DNA of 64,000 nt from Podospora anserina (lineage: Eukaryota). The notes under the pieces are model-generated. The model made no database searches, was not told the origin of the DNA, and was given only the letters and a program-made list of their open reading frames with translations. A program made the position numbers and the translations under genes. This document shows positions 1-12,796 of the stretch, in pieces; positions within the stretch are counted from its first letter, which is position 1, and each line of letters starts with the position of its first letter. The DNA lies in the NCBI GenBank assembly GCA_017654855.1, contig CM030337.1, positions 1,426,001 through 1,490,000 of the forward strand. Direction: 5' to 3'.

Positions 1-703
1 AGTATTATCGATTATTAATACGGATTACTATTATAATATATTCGTTAATAGTTTCCGGTCGCTTTATTTAATATAGTTCGTCCTTAATTTCTTCTTTAAA
101 TCCGTTATAAAACGCCTATATTAACCCTTTATCGTTAATCGCGTTATAAAGCGTATCCGTCTTAAATACTGTAGTATAATCGGTAGTAAATCGAGTTTAT
201 TTAAGGTTAGTTAGTTACTCCTAGGTATATCTAGCTTCGTTATACTCTTTAAATACCTCCTTAATTTTTTTTTAAAAACTTTTATATAACTTGAAATATA
301 TTTAGGTAATATCCTCCCTCTCGTTATATATATTATCGAAGTAGTCCCTTAAGATCGGCTCGAATTATGTAAGTGCTATGTCCTTGAGCCTAGATGCAGT
401 ATATATAACCTTAGATTCCTCGTCCGGGAAACGAGAAGGGTAGTACCGAAAGTAAGCCTTAAGTTAAATCAAAAATCTCCCCAGCTCTCCCTTTGCACCT
501 CCGTAGCGGTCGGGTGCCTCGAGTTTAGCACGCTCTCCCTCCTTACGTAAGGTCCCGATCTCCTGGTGGAGCATAGCGTTCTCCTGCGTGAGGGTCTCGT
601 GGGAAAGGCGTAACTTATCCTCAAGCTCTTGGATACAAGTAAGAAGCTGGTCGATGGTGGGTTGAGTGGATGTCCCTGCCTGGGTATTGACGTTTCCGGC
701 CAT
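1..703 (-). pseudogene. Retrotransposon gag, inactivated by RIP-type stop codons
   Basis: Reads MAGN...coiled coil...LEAPDRYGGAKGELGRFLI*LKAYFRYYPSRFPDEESKVIYTASRLKDIALT*FEPILRDYFD, a typical fungal gypsy gag. The TAA stops fall where CAA(Q) and TGG(W) would be expected. Confidence 0.85.
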
Positions 704-760
704 GGCGTTAACTTGATACCTTCAACTTATCCGTGACAGAGTTGAAGTGAGTATGCAACG

Positions 761-1161
761 TGTGACGAACCCCTGTACAGAACCTCTGAAAGGGATACTA
801 GTTGAAGGTAACTTCTGACAATTGGTTCGGTGCAGCTAAATAGTGCACAACAAGATGTCTCAATCACAACAGCTAAGATACCACGATTGTGACTTGTCAT
901 TGCATACTGCGGAACTGTCTATCTACACCAGCCAGTTCCTCCGTATATATAGACCTTGGGACCGTGGACCGTTGACTTACAGACGGTCCTCGGTCCACTC
1001 CTGATTGGCCGATACTGGACCGTGGACCGTGAGCCCCGCCGCGGTCCCCGGTCCCCATCTTATTGGTCCGTTCCGTCCACTCGGACCGTGAGCCCCGCTC
1101 GATCGCTCGGTCCAGTCCTGATTGGTCCCTCGTGGCCCCACTGTCTTCCAGAACCGTGACA
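761..1161 (-). repeat. 5' LTR (401 bp)
   Basis: Minus strand begins TGTCACGG and ends GTTCGTCACA, with TATATATA at 944-951. Segment 761-956 aligns in reverse complement with 39081-39274. Confidence 0.9.
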
Positions 1162-1329
1162 TTGTGCGGTTTGGTGGGTGTCCCGACAGATAAGCATTCA
1201 AGGCAGATCTTATCTAGGGGAGAGCGGATGGGATCCCGAGTTCTACACTACTTCAGTTACGCCAAAAGCAGAAACTAGGGATCAGGAAAAAGTTGTCATC
1301 TTGACATACCTGTGCTGCTATTACGTTCT

Positions 1330-3456
1330 TCAAACAATATCCACGACCCTCATCACCGCATGCCTCATCATCTCCCCAGGCGCCTGCTCCTCCTGGTCAA
1401 ACGAAGGTCGATTTGCAAAGTTGACGATCCCCACACGGCGGTACGCATCATGGGGGGGTGACCATTTGAGAACCAGCCATGGGAATCGGTAATTGTAGTA
1501 TTGATCCGGGTGCTCTGGGTCGTCCCATGGAGAGTCAGGGTTGACGTTTACGTTGTCCTTGAACCCCTTTTTGGTGATGTAGATTTCTAGGCAGGAGACT
1601 TCGTCCGAGGCAGCTAAGGAGTCGGCTGACTGAGGGGCGTTGTGCCATTGGGGGATGTCGGGCGTTATGAGATATTGTTTGTTGCAGAGGGAGATGTATG
1701 CTTTGAGGGGGCTGCTGGGGTTCTCTTCTACGGGAGGGCCGAGGACGATTTTTGCTTCGACGCAGGGGCCGGAGAGGGTCAGCCGGGCATATGAGACTGG
1801 GCCGGTGGGATCGGGGCTGGAGAGTTCGGCTTTGTAGTTTAGGGCTGTGAGACGGGTGCTGATGCGGGGAGGGTTCATGACGTCGTCGAATACGCAGGGT
1901 TGGTTGATGGAACACCAGGACCAGGAAGGAGAACCAGGGATTCGGGCCGCTTCCTTGACGCGTAATGCCTTGGGGTTGGCATCGCGAGTCCAGGCTAGTT
2001 GGTGGTGGATTTCCGAAGACCAGATGCCCGCGTAGTAATTCCCTATGTTGAGAGGCTGGAATTTCTGAGCGATACCAGAAAGAGCAATGAGACGGTCGGT
2101 ATATTTTGTGAAGACTCTCTGGGAGTAGCTCTGCACGAGGCTGAGCCACAGATCGATGATAGGGAAAAAAGAGGAGTTGTTTTTGTTGAACTGTGTGGGA
2201 TCGGAGAGGTGTCCCATTTGACGCTTGTAGCTAACGATGGCGTTGCCTCCGTGGTGACGATGAAGGCTTGTCGGGTTACACTCGCATGTGATCGTATTCC
2301 GGCACTCCCAGATCAACTCATCATAGGCGCAATAGAGGATTCGTTGCGAGAGAAGACGCTCTTGATAGATCCAACCCCGTGTCATAGCGGGATAGTTGTC
2401 CATTTCAATCTCGGTGTCGACGGAGTAGGAGAAAAGCTTGCTGTGGGTATCAAAACAGGGACGACGAGCGTAGTAGGTATGCTGCGGCTTCGCCGAGTGC
2501 AGTTCGTGAACGGGATTATTTCGGGCTAGGAAGCAACCGGTAGCAACATCGGGGGCAGACGTGGCAGAGAGCGTGAACAAGGCGTTCTCGTAGACGTTTT
2601 TCATCTGAGCTGCCTCCTTCTCCCAATCTAAACCATCATCCTGGATGATGCAGAGGGCATCAATCCATATATACGATAGGCCCAGGTGTTGTACAAATTC
2701 GATCGCCTCGTGCAGGGTCTTGGGTATATCTTCCCACGGAATACCCTCAAGCCTGTTTGGCAATGTCGCTTTGGTCGTTGTAAGGGACTGGGCCAACCCC
2801 CAACAATAACTCAAAGCAACGTAGTCAGTGTCTTTCATATCCTCCGTGGTCTCAACTAACCACGGCAGACCATCCCCAGTACCAACATCCACAACCCTCG
2901 TAGGAATGAATCCCCTCCTCCCCACCCTACACTCATCATGAGAATCAACACACTCCCTCAGTCGTCTTTTCGCAATCTCCGCCGCCTTCCTCGGGTCAAT
3001 ATCAGCCTCTATAAACGTCGCCGTACCCAGACAACTCTCCGATTCTATTATCTCACAATGTCAGCCTCCCACCACCTTACGCACCATTCAAGGAATCTTC
3101 TCACCAGTATCAGAGAATACTTCAATAAACCTCAAATATTCGTCATCAGCGAGATTGTACTCGAGCTTGAGCGACGTCCCAACCCGGCCATCAACAGTAA
3201 ACATATCATCCTCCAACCTTGGCTCCTTTCCTTCAAAACATTCCAATGCTTCAATCATGACCTTACAATTGACGCACGTCTTGGCCGATTCGTAAACATC
3301 ACTTAACCAGACAGCCAGGGAAAGCGTCATTTTCCCCTGTTTCTGGACATCGACCCATTTGCCGTTGGGCAGGGGAATCTGTCTGTTGGGCATTAAATCG
3401 CAACAAATGCGGCATATTGGCCCATCGTAAACCGGTAATGAGTCTGAGGTCGACAT
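1330..3456 (-). CDS. HET-domain (heterokaryon incompatibility, PF06985-like) protein; exons 3456-3105 and 3044-1330
   Basis: Motifs PTRVVDVG, YVALSYCWG, IPKTLHEAI, YIWIDALCIIQDD, DWEKEAAQMKNVYENA and RGWIYQERLLS. A 60-nt GTGAG..GCTGAC..TAG intron (3104-3045) joins the 3088-3456 ORF in frame (DTE|SESC...ECVDSHDEC). Confidence 0.92.
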
Positions 3457-3925
3457 GATCGTTTTTTTTGTTCAGTGTTTGCTCATGGCGAGTGGTGTTT
3501 TGAAAGGCCAAGTTCGATGAGTGAAAGCGGACCATCCTGGAAGGTGAGAGAGAGATATGGCACGGCAGCTTGAGCGCCAGTTGACACCAAGTGCCAAGCA
3601 GCGAACCAACATAATTGGTGTTCCTACAAGTGCGTCGGCAACTTCAGTGCCATTTGTATGTCAGGTTACTCAATATTGATATAAACAGCTACATTACATA
3701 TATAAATGATCGTGCCTCATCCCCTTACCCATCTCCTTCATCCCTATATGTTTCCTCATCTCTGTCCCCAGATCACCCCCATGTTCATTACACAAACACC
3801 ATCATCATACAGTCCTCCCCTTCGCTTCCCCCTTCCCCCAATGATGACGGCAGAAGTCGAAAACTAAACCCCCGCCGGCCTTGATTGCAACAAGCTCAGG
3901 CTCCTCGTCCTAAACCCTTACCCCC

Positions 3926-6900
3926 CTACAACAACTCCCTATTCCCAAACCCCTGCCCCCCAAAACCACCCATCTGCAACCTCTGCTGCAACACCATCCC
4001 CTGCTCCCTCGCCCCCTCAAATCCCTCTCCCCCCATTGCAGACGGCGCTCGTGACTGCTGTTGAGATCTTGGTGACACCCCCTGCACACTAGGCAACCTC
4101 TCCCTTGCCCCTCCAGTCCCCACCCCCCTCAACCTTCCTCTCAAGCCCCCCTTCCTAATCACGCTCTCCAAGAAAAACGGACTACTATTCCCATTCCCTC
4201 CATCCGTAGTTGGGCGTTCATCATCCCCATCAGAAAAGACATCCTCCACAAAATCCTGCTGCTGGGGTGTATCATGCTCGTCATCCGAGGCAAAATCCAG
4301 CTGATGGTGATACGGTGCCGAAGGGGAAGTTACCGAACGAGCGTGAAGACCAGGACGGAGGATAGCGCTTGGAGGAGTGATGTTTGCGGGACCTGGGCCG
4401 CCTCCAGTGCCGGTCATAGTTACCGAGAACGCCCCCGGCGTCATCGTGTTGGCTGCTACTAGACCGTTTGTTGGCAAGACAAAAGAGGGGCGATCGGCAA
4501 AGCCGTTTTGGAAGGACATGCTACTTGTGTTTGAGGAAGCCTGGTGCAGAATAGGGAGGATTTGCTCGTCGTAGAGTTGAGCGTCGGATTCGAAGGCGTC
4601 AGGGGAGAATTCTGTCACTGTCCTGGAGGAACGGCCATCGGACGGTGGGCTGGTGGAGAGGTCGTCGAAGAAGTCGTCTAGGCTGTCAAGTTTGGAGACG
4701 AGGTCGCCCATGGGGGGGTTATCCCTTATGTCGTCTGACATCATGGTGTCCGCCCTGTCCGAGGTGGAGAAATAGCCGTAGGGGAACTCATCGTTGTGGA
4801 ATTCAACCTCGGGCGTTGGGGTTGGCTCGGCGGCTATGCCTTCGATCGACTGGCACATGTAGAATGCGGCGTGGATGTTGGCGCGGGTAGAGTCAGTCTT
4901 TTTGGCTGGCATGGGAATCGCCCAACCGGAAGTTTCTGGGATGCCAAAGAGACTTTGAGTGCGCTCGTATTCTTTTCGGACGGCCTTGGAGGTGGGTCGG
5001 GTCATGCTCATGCGGAGGTGCTGCTTGTCCATGGTGGAACCGGACATGGTCATGATGTTATCAAGAACCTCGAGGGCTTCCATGCAGTACTCTGTTTGCA
5101 ACAGTCGTAGCAAGGGTGAAATCATATCTGAGCCATGGCTCGCGATTTCCGGCTTCCTCATGTCGACTTCGGGGATGATTACCCTGAGAATCCTCATCGT
5201 CTTGATCTTGACCCAGGCAGTCGCGTTGGTCAGGAAGCCCATCAGCATGGCAATCATATGAAAGTCAAGTGCTGGCAGAAAGTAGTCTTGAAGAGCTGCC
5301 AGCATCTGCGAGACAAAGTCTTCCCCAGATGAGTACATGTTCGCCAGGTACTTGTCAAGAACCAGCGCAATACTCCTCAACTCTCGCTCATACGCAACAC
5401 TCATCAGCGAGTGCGCCGTCTGAACCACCTCTTCCTCCAATATCTTCTGATTAATAACATCCAGAAGCCTTGGCAAGTTGGCAATGATGGTAAAGAACAG
5501 ACGAGTATCGTCTCCAATCAGGGCATCGCTCGGCAACTGCACAAGTCTTTCCAGCGTCCGCAATGTCGAGTCCAGACATGTCGACGACCGCAACCCCTTG
5601 TAAAGAAGTGGCTGCAAACCCTCAAACGGCCCATCCCACTTGGAAGGCTGTCCATCATAGAGAAGCCTTCGCACATTGGCAGACCCAAAGTCCAGTTTGT
5701 CCAAGAACTCATTCAGTATCTCCACCGCTTCCAGAAACTCGCACTCATTGATTGACTCCAGACAGGCACATGTCGTCCAGAAGAGTTGTGGAAGAGCCAA
5801 CAGCTTCTCTGCATCAAGCTTGACGATCAGGGTCTTAAAGGTAGTGAGTATCTCCATCGAAAACGACTGAATCTCCATATCCTCGTCCGCAATAGTGTTC
5901 GACAAGCGAGCGAGCATGTCCCCGAGCATATGCTGATCCAACGAAGTGAGAATACACCTGAAAATCTGAAAAGACCGACAGGCAAGATGTCTGACAGGAC
6001 ACGAGGTTGCCCACGTGAGTGATAGCCGGCCCCATTGGTCTTTGATGCCAGGGAAGGTAAGCTCAAAAGTCTTGACAACCTCGGTGGTCAAATACTCCAT
6101 ACTCGGAGGGACTTTATTGTCATGCTCGTTGACCTTGCCATTGCTGTCCTCGTACCCCCACACCACAGACCGGTCATGGCGACGAATAGCATCAATGAGA
6201 TCCTCAATCGACTTCCTTGTCTCCACCGGGGCATCATCATCAAGCTGTGAGATGACAAGCTCATGAATCAAATGCACCAGCATCTCCCGAGCCTGCTCCT
6301 GCACCAGTGGCGTGTAGTGATCCCAGAGCACCGTCACCACCTGCAAAAGATTAGGGACATTCTCCGCGGTAAGGCTCACAGGCGCAACCATGAGATCCAC
6401 CAACAAGATCAAAGACAGTTGTCCAAGCGAAAAGCCAGCCTGCTTCGTACCAACAGGAAGGACTACGGCCAAATCCGCATAGTAAGGCAGCTTCTCAATA
6501 TTATCCGGCGGCGGAGGAGAAGCTTCCCGCTTCTCATTCGGAACCATCGTCTTAGGCGTGATCTGCGACAACAAGAATTCCACCACCTTGTTGCCCGGGG
6601 TGATACTGGTACTGGCCAAAAAGACCACAATCTGCTTGGCATATTCGACAAAGTTCTGCTCCCTCCGCTCAAGACAAAGTGACATGATAAAATCGAGAAT
6701 GAGTCTCACATTCCCAGGATGGGGTCCCGTAGCCAACGCCTGCCAGAGTGCCTGCACTTCATTGTGCAAAGCCGCACTAGACTTGATGGTGAGCTCGAGC
6801 AGGTTGGCCAGCAGTACATATGACTGGGCAATCGGACCGCCATTCGGGTCGACTTTGAGTTCGACTGATTGTACCCAAGGAAGGATGACAGCCACGATGT

Positions 6901-9900
6901 TCCTTTGGGCTGATCCTTGTTGTTCCTTAAAGTAGAATGTAAACTCGGAGAAGATGTGAAACGCCAGTTCGGTGTGTCGTTTGGCCAGCCTCTTGGATAT
7001 CTCGAACTGAGCGAGCTTGTAGACAGCCTTTGTCTTATCCGATATACTAATGTCGAAGTCTTGGAGTTTGGAGCTCTTGGGTTGTGGTTGGCGCTCTTCA
7101 AGTGCTCGAAGGAGGTGTGCCGCCTTAGATCTGATTTTGCTTTGGTCGTTACCCAGCATAAACAGACAAAGACCTAGAAGCTTCCAAAAGGGGCAGGGGT
7201 TCTCGGGGTGCTCCAGAATGACCTCGGTCACGACAGTAAAGTAACTCTCCAGCACCTTGGGCACTTCAGCAAGGTAGCATCGTGAGATGCAGTGTTCGAG
7301 GAGATATACAAACTCCTGGTTGTGGACAATCAGGTTCTTGAGAGCTCTCCTGCCGATGACATTCATACGATCGCTGCCAGAATTGAAGATGGCCTCAATC
7401 CAAGCCAGCATCCGCCTCACATCGAACTGCCGAGAAGAGCTACCGTCGGTGGTAAGGCTGATGGGTCCGCCGCATAGAGACGCCATGGCACTGAGTGCCG
7501 CCGTTCTAAGGTTCCTCTTTTCAATCTCCATAGCTGCCGTGACAGTGCCACGTTCACCGACAGCCTTTTGATCAATCACTGACTTCCTCATGTTGTCTTC
7601 TCTTTGTCGGATTTGTGGCTGGTTCGGCGAGAAACCGCACCAATCCTCCATCAGAGCAAATGCCGACTTTCGAGCTTCAAATGTCATCCATCTAGATGGA
7701 TCATTGGTTCGGTTGATACCCTCAAAAAGCTCCTCCATAAGCCCGCAATAATGACGCCTGAGTTTCTGGAACTCCCAGTCCATTTGAACTTCGCCATCCA
7801 TCAAAAAGATCTTGAGGTCCTTGGCATATCCGACCAGATTATTGAGAATCCACTCATCCTGATACACTTCCTGTTGCTTCAAGAAGTGTGATGTCAACTT
7901 GTAGACATGAGTGATTTCAGTCCGTAATATATCCATCTTTCGGTTCCGTCGCAGACTGCTGTTGGTACGCTGATGAATCCGTTGCCTAGCGTCATCATTG
8001 CAGCGCCCGACATGGCCTTGAAGCTCCTCGAGAAGAGTGCGATAGATGTGGACGTTGATAGAGCCCATCGCTATTACTACTGCTTCCCGTATCGAGGCGG
8101 ACGAGACGGAGAGCAAGGGATTTAGGTATTTGAAGAGAGTGCGGGCTGAACCAATCTTTTCGGCAGCCGTAGACCCCTTCCGACCATGTTGCCCATTGCT
8201 CGCTCCATTGGGAACACTGCCCGGATCTGCCAACGTTGTGCACGCAAATACAAGGTACAGCTTCCACTGCTCAACAACACCCTCTTGCTGGCTTGTTGGC
8301 GTCTTGGCTGTGAGGCGGGCACTATTGATGTCGTTGTAATATAACCCTCGTGATGGCTCCGAGAGTACTGTGATGACCTTGTAAAGCTGAAGAATCCGCT
8401 CGCAGACCAGATCTCGTGTTAATGTGATAGTGAAGGGGCATTTGTCAAAGGCGATTCGGATAAAGTTGGGGAAGATCTTGAACCACAGGGTTGTGTCATA
8501 GGACATATCGCTGGTGCAGAGTTCGATCAAGGCTCCTTGGCTGTTTGTCTGCATCCCTCGCTGCTGGCGGCTGCGTTCCGCTACTGATAACTGTTCATCA
8601 TTGAAGTTCATGACTTGCATGGAGTCATTTTCGAGGATGTCAATAAGTCTCTGTGTCTCTTGCCCACCACCGCCTGGCTTTCTTAAGACACTGTCAAACT
8701 CCCTGATCAATCGTAGCACGTTGACCGCGTGATATCGAACGCGTCGAGATTGTGAGCATAGGAAGAACAGGCCATGTGCCTCGACTTGATCAACTTCTGC
8801 CCATACGCTGGACAAGTCGAGTTTGATCCCACGCTTATCGCCAGTGGGCTCACCGTTTTCAGTCGTGGCCTCCCTCGTCTTTTGCTTGATTTCCAGAATC
8901 CAGATATGAAGAAGTTCGATATAGAGCATCAAAGTCTTCTCAATATGGCCAGGTCCCAGCATGCCGCCATCTGACATGGTTGAATAGCGGTCATCGAAAT
9001 TGAAGATGAACCGTGCGAAGCCCATTGTGACCTGATGGGCATGCGACTGTCGAGCGATAGCCTTCAGAGACCGCGCCGAGGATTCGGCAATATTTGATTG
9101 GACATGGGCCGTTCCGGTACAGAGCAGATTGATGAGAGTGTTGAAAGGTATGGGTATGTCTGGAGACAGACATCGAGGTATGGCCTGTACGGCTACGTGA
9201 AGTAGTTCATAGAATGCCTGCTTCTGGTCCTGAGGATTCGAATGGTCATCTCGCCGACTAAAGTTGAAGGTTTCGGTAATGGGTGTTTTGGGACCAGGGC
9301 TGTTGAACCTCTCAAACTTCTCGTCCAATGCTGCCTGGCCACCAAAAGTATTATCGCAGATGATAGTGATTTTGTTGAGAATTTCACAGAACTTGTTGTA
9401 GTTCGCCCGGACCTCTCGGGTCAGAGAAGAAATCATGACTGGCTTAGAAAGCTTCTCTCCAGCGGACAACGCCGCTGGGGGAACTGTTGGAGCGCCCACG
9501 GGCGATTGCAGTACTGGCGAGGTTGGTGTCATCACTTCATGAGCATGAGTATGAGCGTATGTCTGTGGAAATGGCGGTTTGCCCTTGTCGCCCTTCTCCA
9601 AGTCCGCCATAACAGTAAGAAAAGCCCGGATTCCCACAACCATCCGGTCAGGATCCAGTTGTTCGATTCTGAGTTCCCTGTCCTTTTTCTCGAATAGATC
9701 AGCACTGATCAAGGGGAAGATGATAGTCTTGAAACAGTGTTCTGGGTGTTTATATCCAACAAATCTAATGATCTGTATCAGAGGCTCAACAACGGCGGTG
9801 TCTGTTGCACTGTAAGGCTTCTTGGGATTCGGAAGCACCGTCCTCATCACATCATCCAACCTTTTTGTAGGCCCGTTATTGCTCTCTGTTGTGCGGTAGA

Positions 9901-11956
9901 TGTATGTCCACACGAGTCTAGAAACGACCTGCATGCATATTGGCCTGGTCTCTCGGTCCTTGAGTTTGGGTGGCAACGGGTAGATCAGCTGGTTCCATTG
10001 GCTGACAAAAGTCTCTGGGGGGGAGACGCAGAGCATAGTGGCAGTCAGGGGAAAGGCGTAGATCCAGTGCCGTGGCTTGGCCATGATTTCTGCCAGACGA
10101 GGACAGATGGTGGAGAGAACCTCGGCCCACTTTGGGTGGGCAATATCACTGTTGTTTGCTTCAGCTGCAATGGGCAGCATGAGCATCTCGAGGACCTGGC
10201 AGAAGGCCGATTTGACCCTGCCACCTTTGGACCGGCCAAACAGCTTGCCAAGAGATGCCATGAAGTCGCAGGATTGATCCCACGCTGCCGCCGGTGAAGT
10301 TTTGATGCGGAGATGCTTCATGCCGCCCAGAACAAGCTCTAGTCTGCTTTCGACATGGGGGCTTCTAGCCGCCAACTCTTGCAGTGAGCGGTCCAAGTCG
10401 GTGACGAATCGGGCAGTCACGCTGTTGAAGTCGATGTCGCTCATGACACCAAGGAGCTGAGCGAACAAATTCCAGTTGGCCAGTTTCAGAGGCGACAGCA
10501 TCAGCTGCTCTGTCTCTGACATCTTCAACTGGCCGAAAATGATCGATTCCAGCTTCTCCTCCATTTCCGGCGTGATGGAGGCCAGCGTGCTTTGTGACAT
10601 GACCTCAAGGAGAACCCGGCAGAGCACATAGATGGAAACTGTCGACCGGCGCTCTGCCTGTGCGACGAAATCCTGCCTGGCTGCCAGACCCATCTGCCCA
10701 CCAGCTTCCGGGCCACCTTGTGCGGACATGGGCTGTACAGGTTCCGTGTTACGTCGTTGTAATAGTCCAGGATGGGGTGCAGGATTGATACGAGCATGCT
10801 GGTGTAGCTGTCCTCGGGCTTCGCCGGCCGCTTCGCTCTTGCTCTTGCGCCACAGCATCATACTATCGATCAATGGCTTTGGCTTCTGCTTGGAGATGTG
10901 CCCAAGAGCTACAATGAGTTGGTCAAACGCAGGGTCCGCCCCTGGCCCGCAGATCTGTTCGACATTCGGCTCCGGTTCGAACGGGACCGTTATACACTCG
11001 TTCAGCTTTTCTTCTGCCTGGGCAATGAACGAGGTGAAAAGCACATGGAGCGCGTATTCCCCCACGGTCTTTTGCTCATCCTTGGAGGCCCGTGATGAAT
11101 GCGAATGATGATGAGAATGATCACGGCGTGACCGCCCGCTGCCACTGTGCATTCTCTCCAGAGTTCCCCTGGTTGGTGCTGGGGCGCCTGACATATCAGT
11201 TGCCGATGAAGTTCTTTCGGGATAACCAGGCCCCGGGTTCGGGACCGCTGTCGTAGCATTGGAGAGAGCAGTAACAGGGCGTGATCCTGGCCCGGTATCA
11301 CCCTCCGTCCGTGAGAAGGCTTGAATATGCATATCCGTCCTATCAGGTGTGAGACCTGCGCCAGCGGCAGCAATCATCTGCGGGCTGAGAGGGCTCGAGG
11401 AAGAGCTGGCAAGGCTGCCGTTCCTCGAGTGATGGATTCCTATGCCATGAACAATCGAGGTCTGGCGGTGGTGGCCGTACGAGGCAGCTCTGGGATCAAC
11501 AACTCGCTCAATAACGCCTCCCAGGGCACCCCGAGGCGGCGGCACATGTGGGTGGGTGCGTTGAAACTTGTCGAGGGACGATTCTCGGGAATGCGCAACG
11601 CTCCTCGGTTCAAGGACGGCGGGTCGTAAGGTTCTCTGCCAGTCTTCGTCCTCCTCATCTAGTCTGGTGACGGCGCGGGGCGAGAACTTCAGTGGCTCGT
11701 GGTCAGGCAACGTCGTTTGAGACGGAGCTGTGGGTGGCTAGTCAGCAAGACTGGCACTATGAGGCAGTCGGCAGTCGACATGATGTGCCAGGCTGGAGGG
11801 CCAAGTGGAGTGGCCCTTGAAACCGGGCGGAGACGGCGGCGGCAGGAGGTCGGTTCAAGGAAGGCCCGGAGGCCGAAAGCCACCCGCCCGCGCCTTGCCC
11901 GCACAAGATGGCCGCCGCTTATCATGGTGGGGGAAGGGCAACTTCAACTCACCCAT
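3926..11956 (-). CDS. TAO3: Cell morphogenesis protein TAO3/PAG1 (Furry/Mor2 family, RAM/MOR network scaffold)
   Basis: ORF of about 2600 aa with MOR2/PAG1-type motifs (WATSCPVRHLACRSFQIFR, LIDSMMLWRKSK). The proposed start is a 4-nt exon ATGG (11956-11953) spliced over GTGAGT..GCTGAC..CAG (11952-11728), giving MAPSQTTLPDHE; the start is less certain than the gene identity. Confidence 0.93.
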
Positions 11957-12796
11957 TTTTCAGACGTCACTTCTTGCATGATCCGTTGCTACTCCTGGCA
12001 ATGCGGCTGCTTCGTTCGGCAGCGAGGGGGGTCGGAAGGAGTGGCCTTTTGACAATTGCGTCCTGTCCAGACAGGAAGGAGACCTGTCGGATGGAAGTCG
12101 AGGTGGGTTGACAACGTGAGCTGCTCGCGACAGTGCGACTGGCGATTCACTGGCCGCCCAGGTCCACCGTGTCGATGCAGGGCTGCCAGAACGCAAGGGA
12201 CCTTCAGGGGCTAAATTGTTTGGCAGCCAATCAGAGATGGGCTGAACTCCTCCCTAAACCGGGGGCTGTCGTCTGGCTGAGCCAATCAGATATCAGATGG
12301 CCGGGCTGTCAGCCTGTCATCCCGACTTCACCTCACAGCTTTGACCTCTCATGGACTTGGACCTCAACCTCACACATGCACAGTTGAAGTGTGTGCTCAT
12401 GCAGTAGTCTATGAACGATTGGCCTGCCTTGCTCTTGCATCTAGTGTCATTTGACAACTATAAAACATGCGCTGCCTAGCCTCGAGGTTGAGAGCTAGTT
12501 TATGTGCGCTCCGTCACACAGCACTTTCCAGCAGGTTATACAGACAAATTGTTCGTATGATGGCTCAGAACTTACCAGAATGTCTTGCAACCCCTTAGCT
12601 CTGTGAGATATTAATACATGATGTCTCCAAAGTCATCACGATACACCAGCAGCTGCAGCAAGCCATCCGCATCCTGTGCTCACCTGCCATCTCACTACCA
12701 GCACAGACATCTTCGATTTCGGGACGTGCCGAGCAAGCGCCAGTTCGTCTGCCGAACATATCAGATCCCGTCTGACCACCTCCTCCAAAGGCTCGT

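Larger units (their letters stand above)
1..1161 (-). mobile_element. 5' portion of a Ty3/gypsy LTR retrotransposon (5' LTR, leader, RIP-damaged gag); continues beyond the left window edge
   Basis: LTR 761-1161 (TG...CA) is followed on the minus strand by a leader and a gag-like ORF from ATG 703. Bases 1-360 are very AT/TpA-rich. The 3' half of the LTR is homologous to the solo LTR at 38856-39274. Confidence 0.9.
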
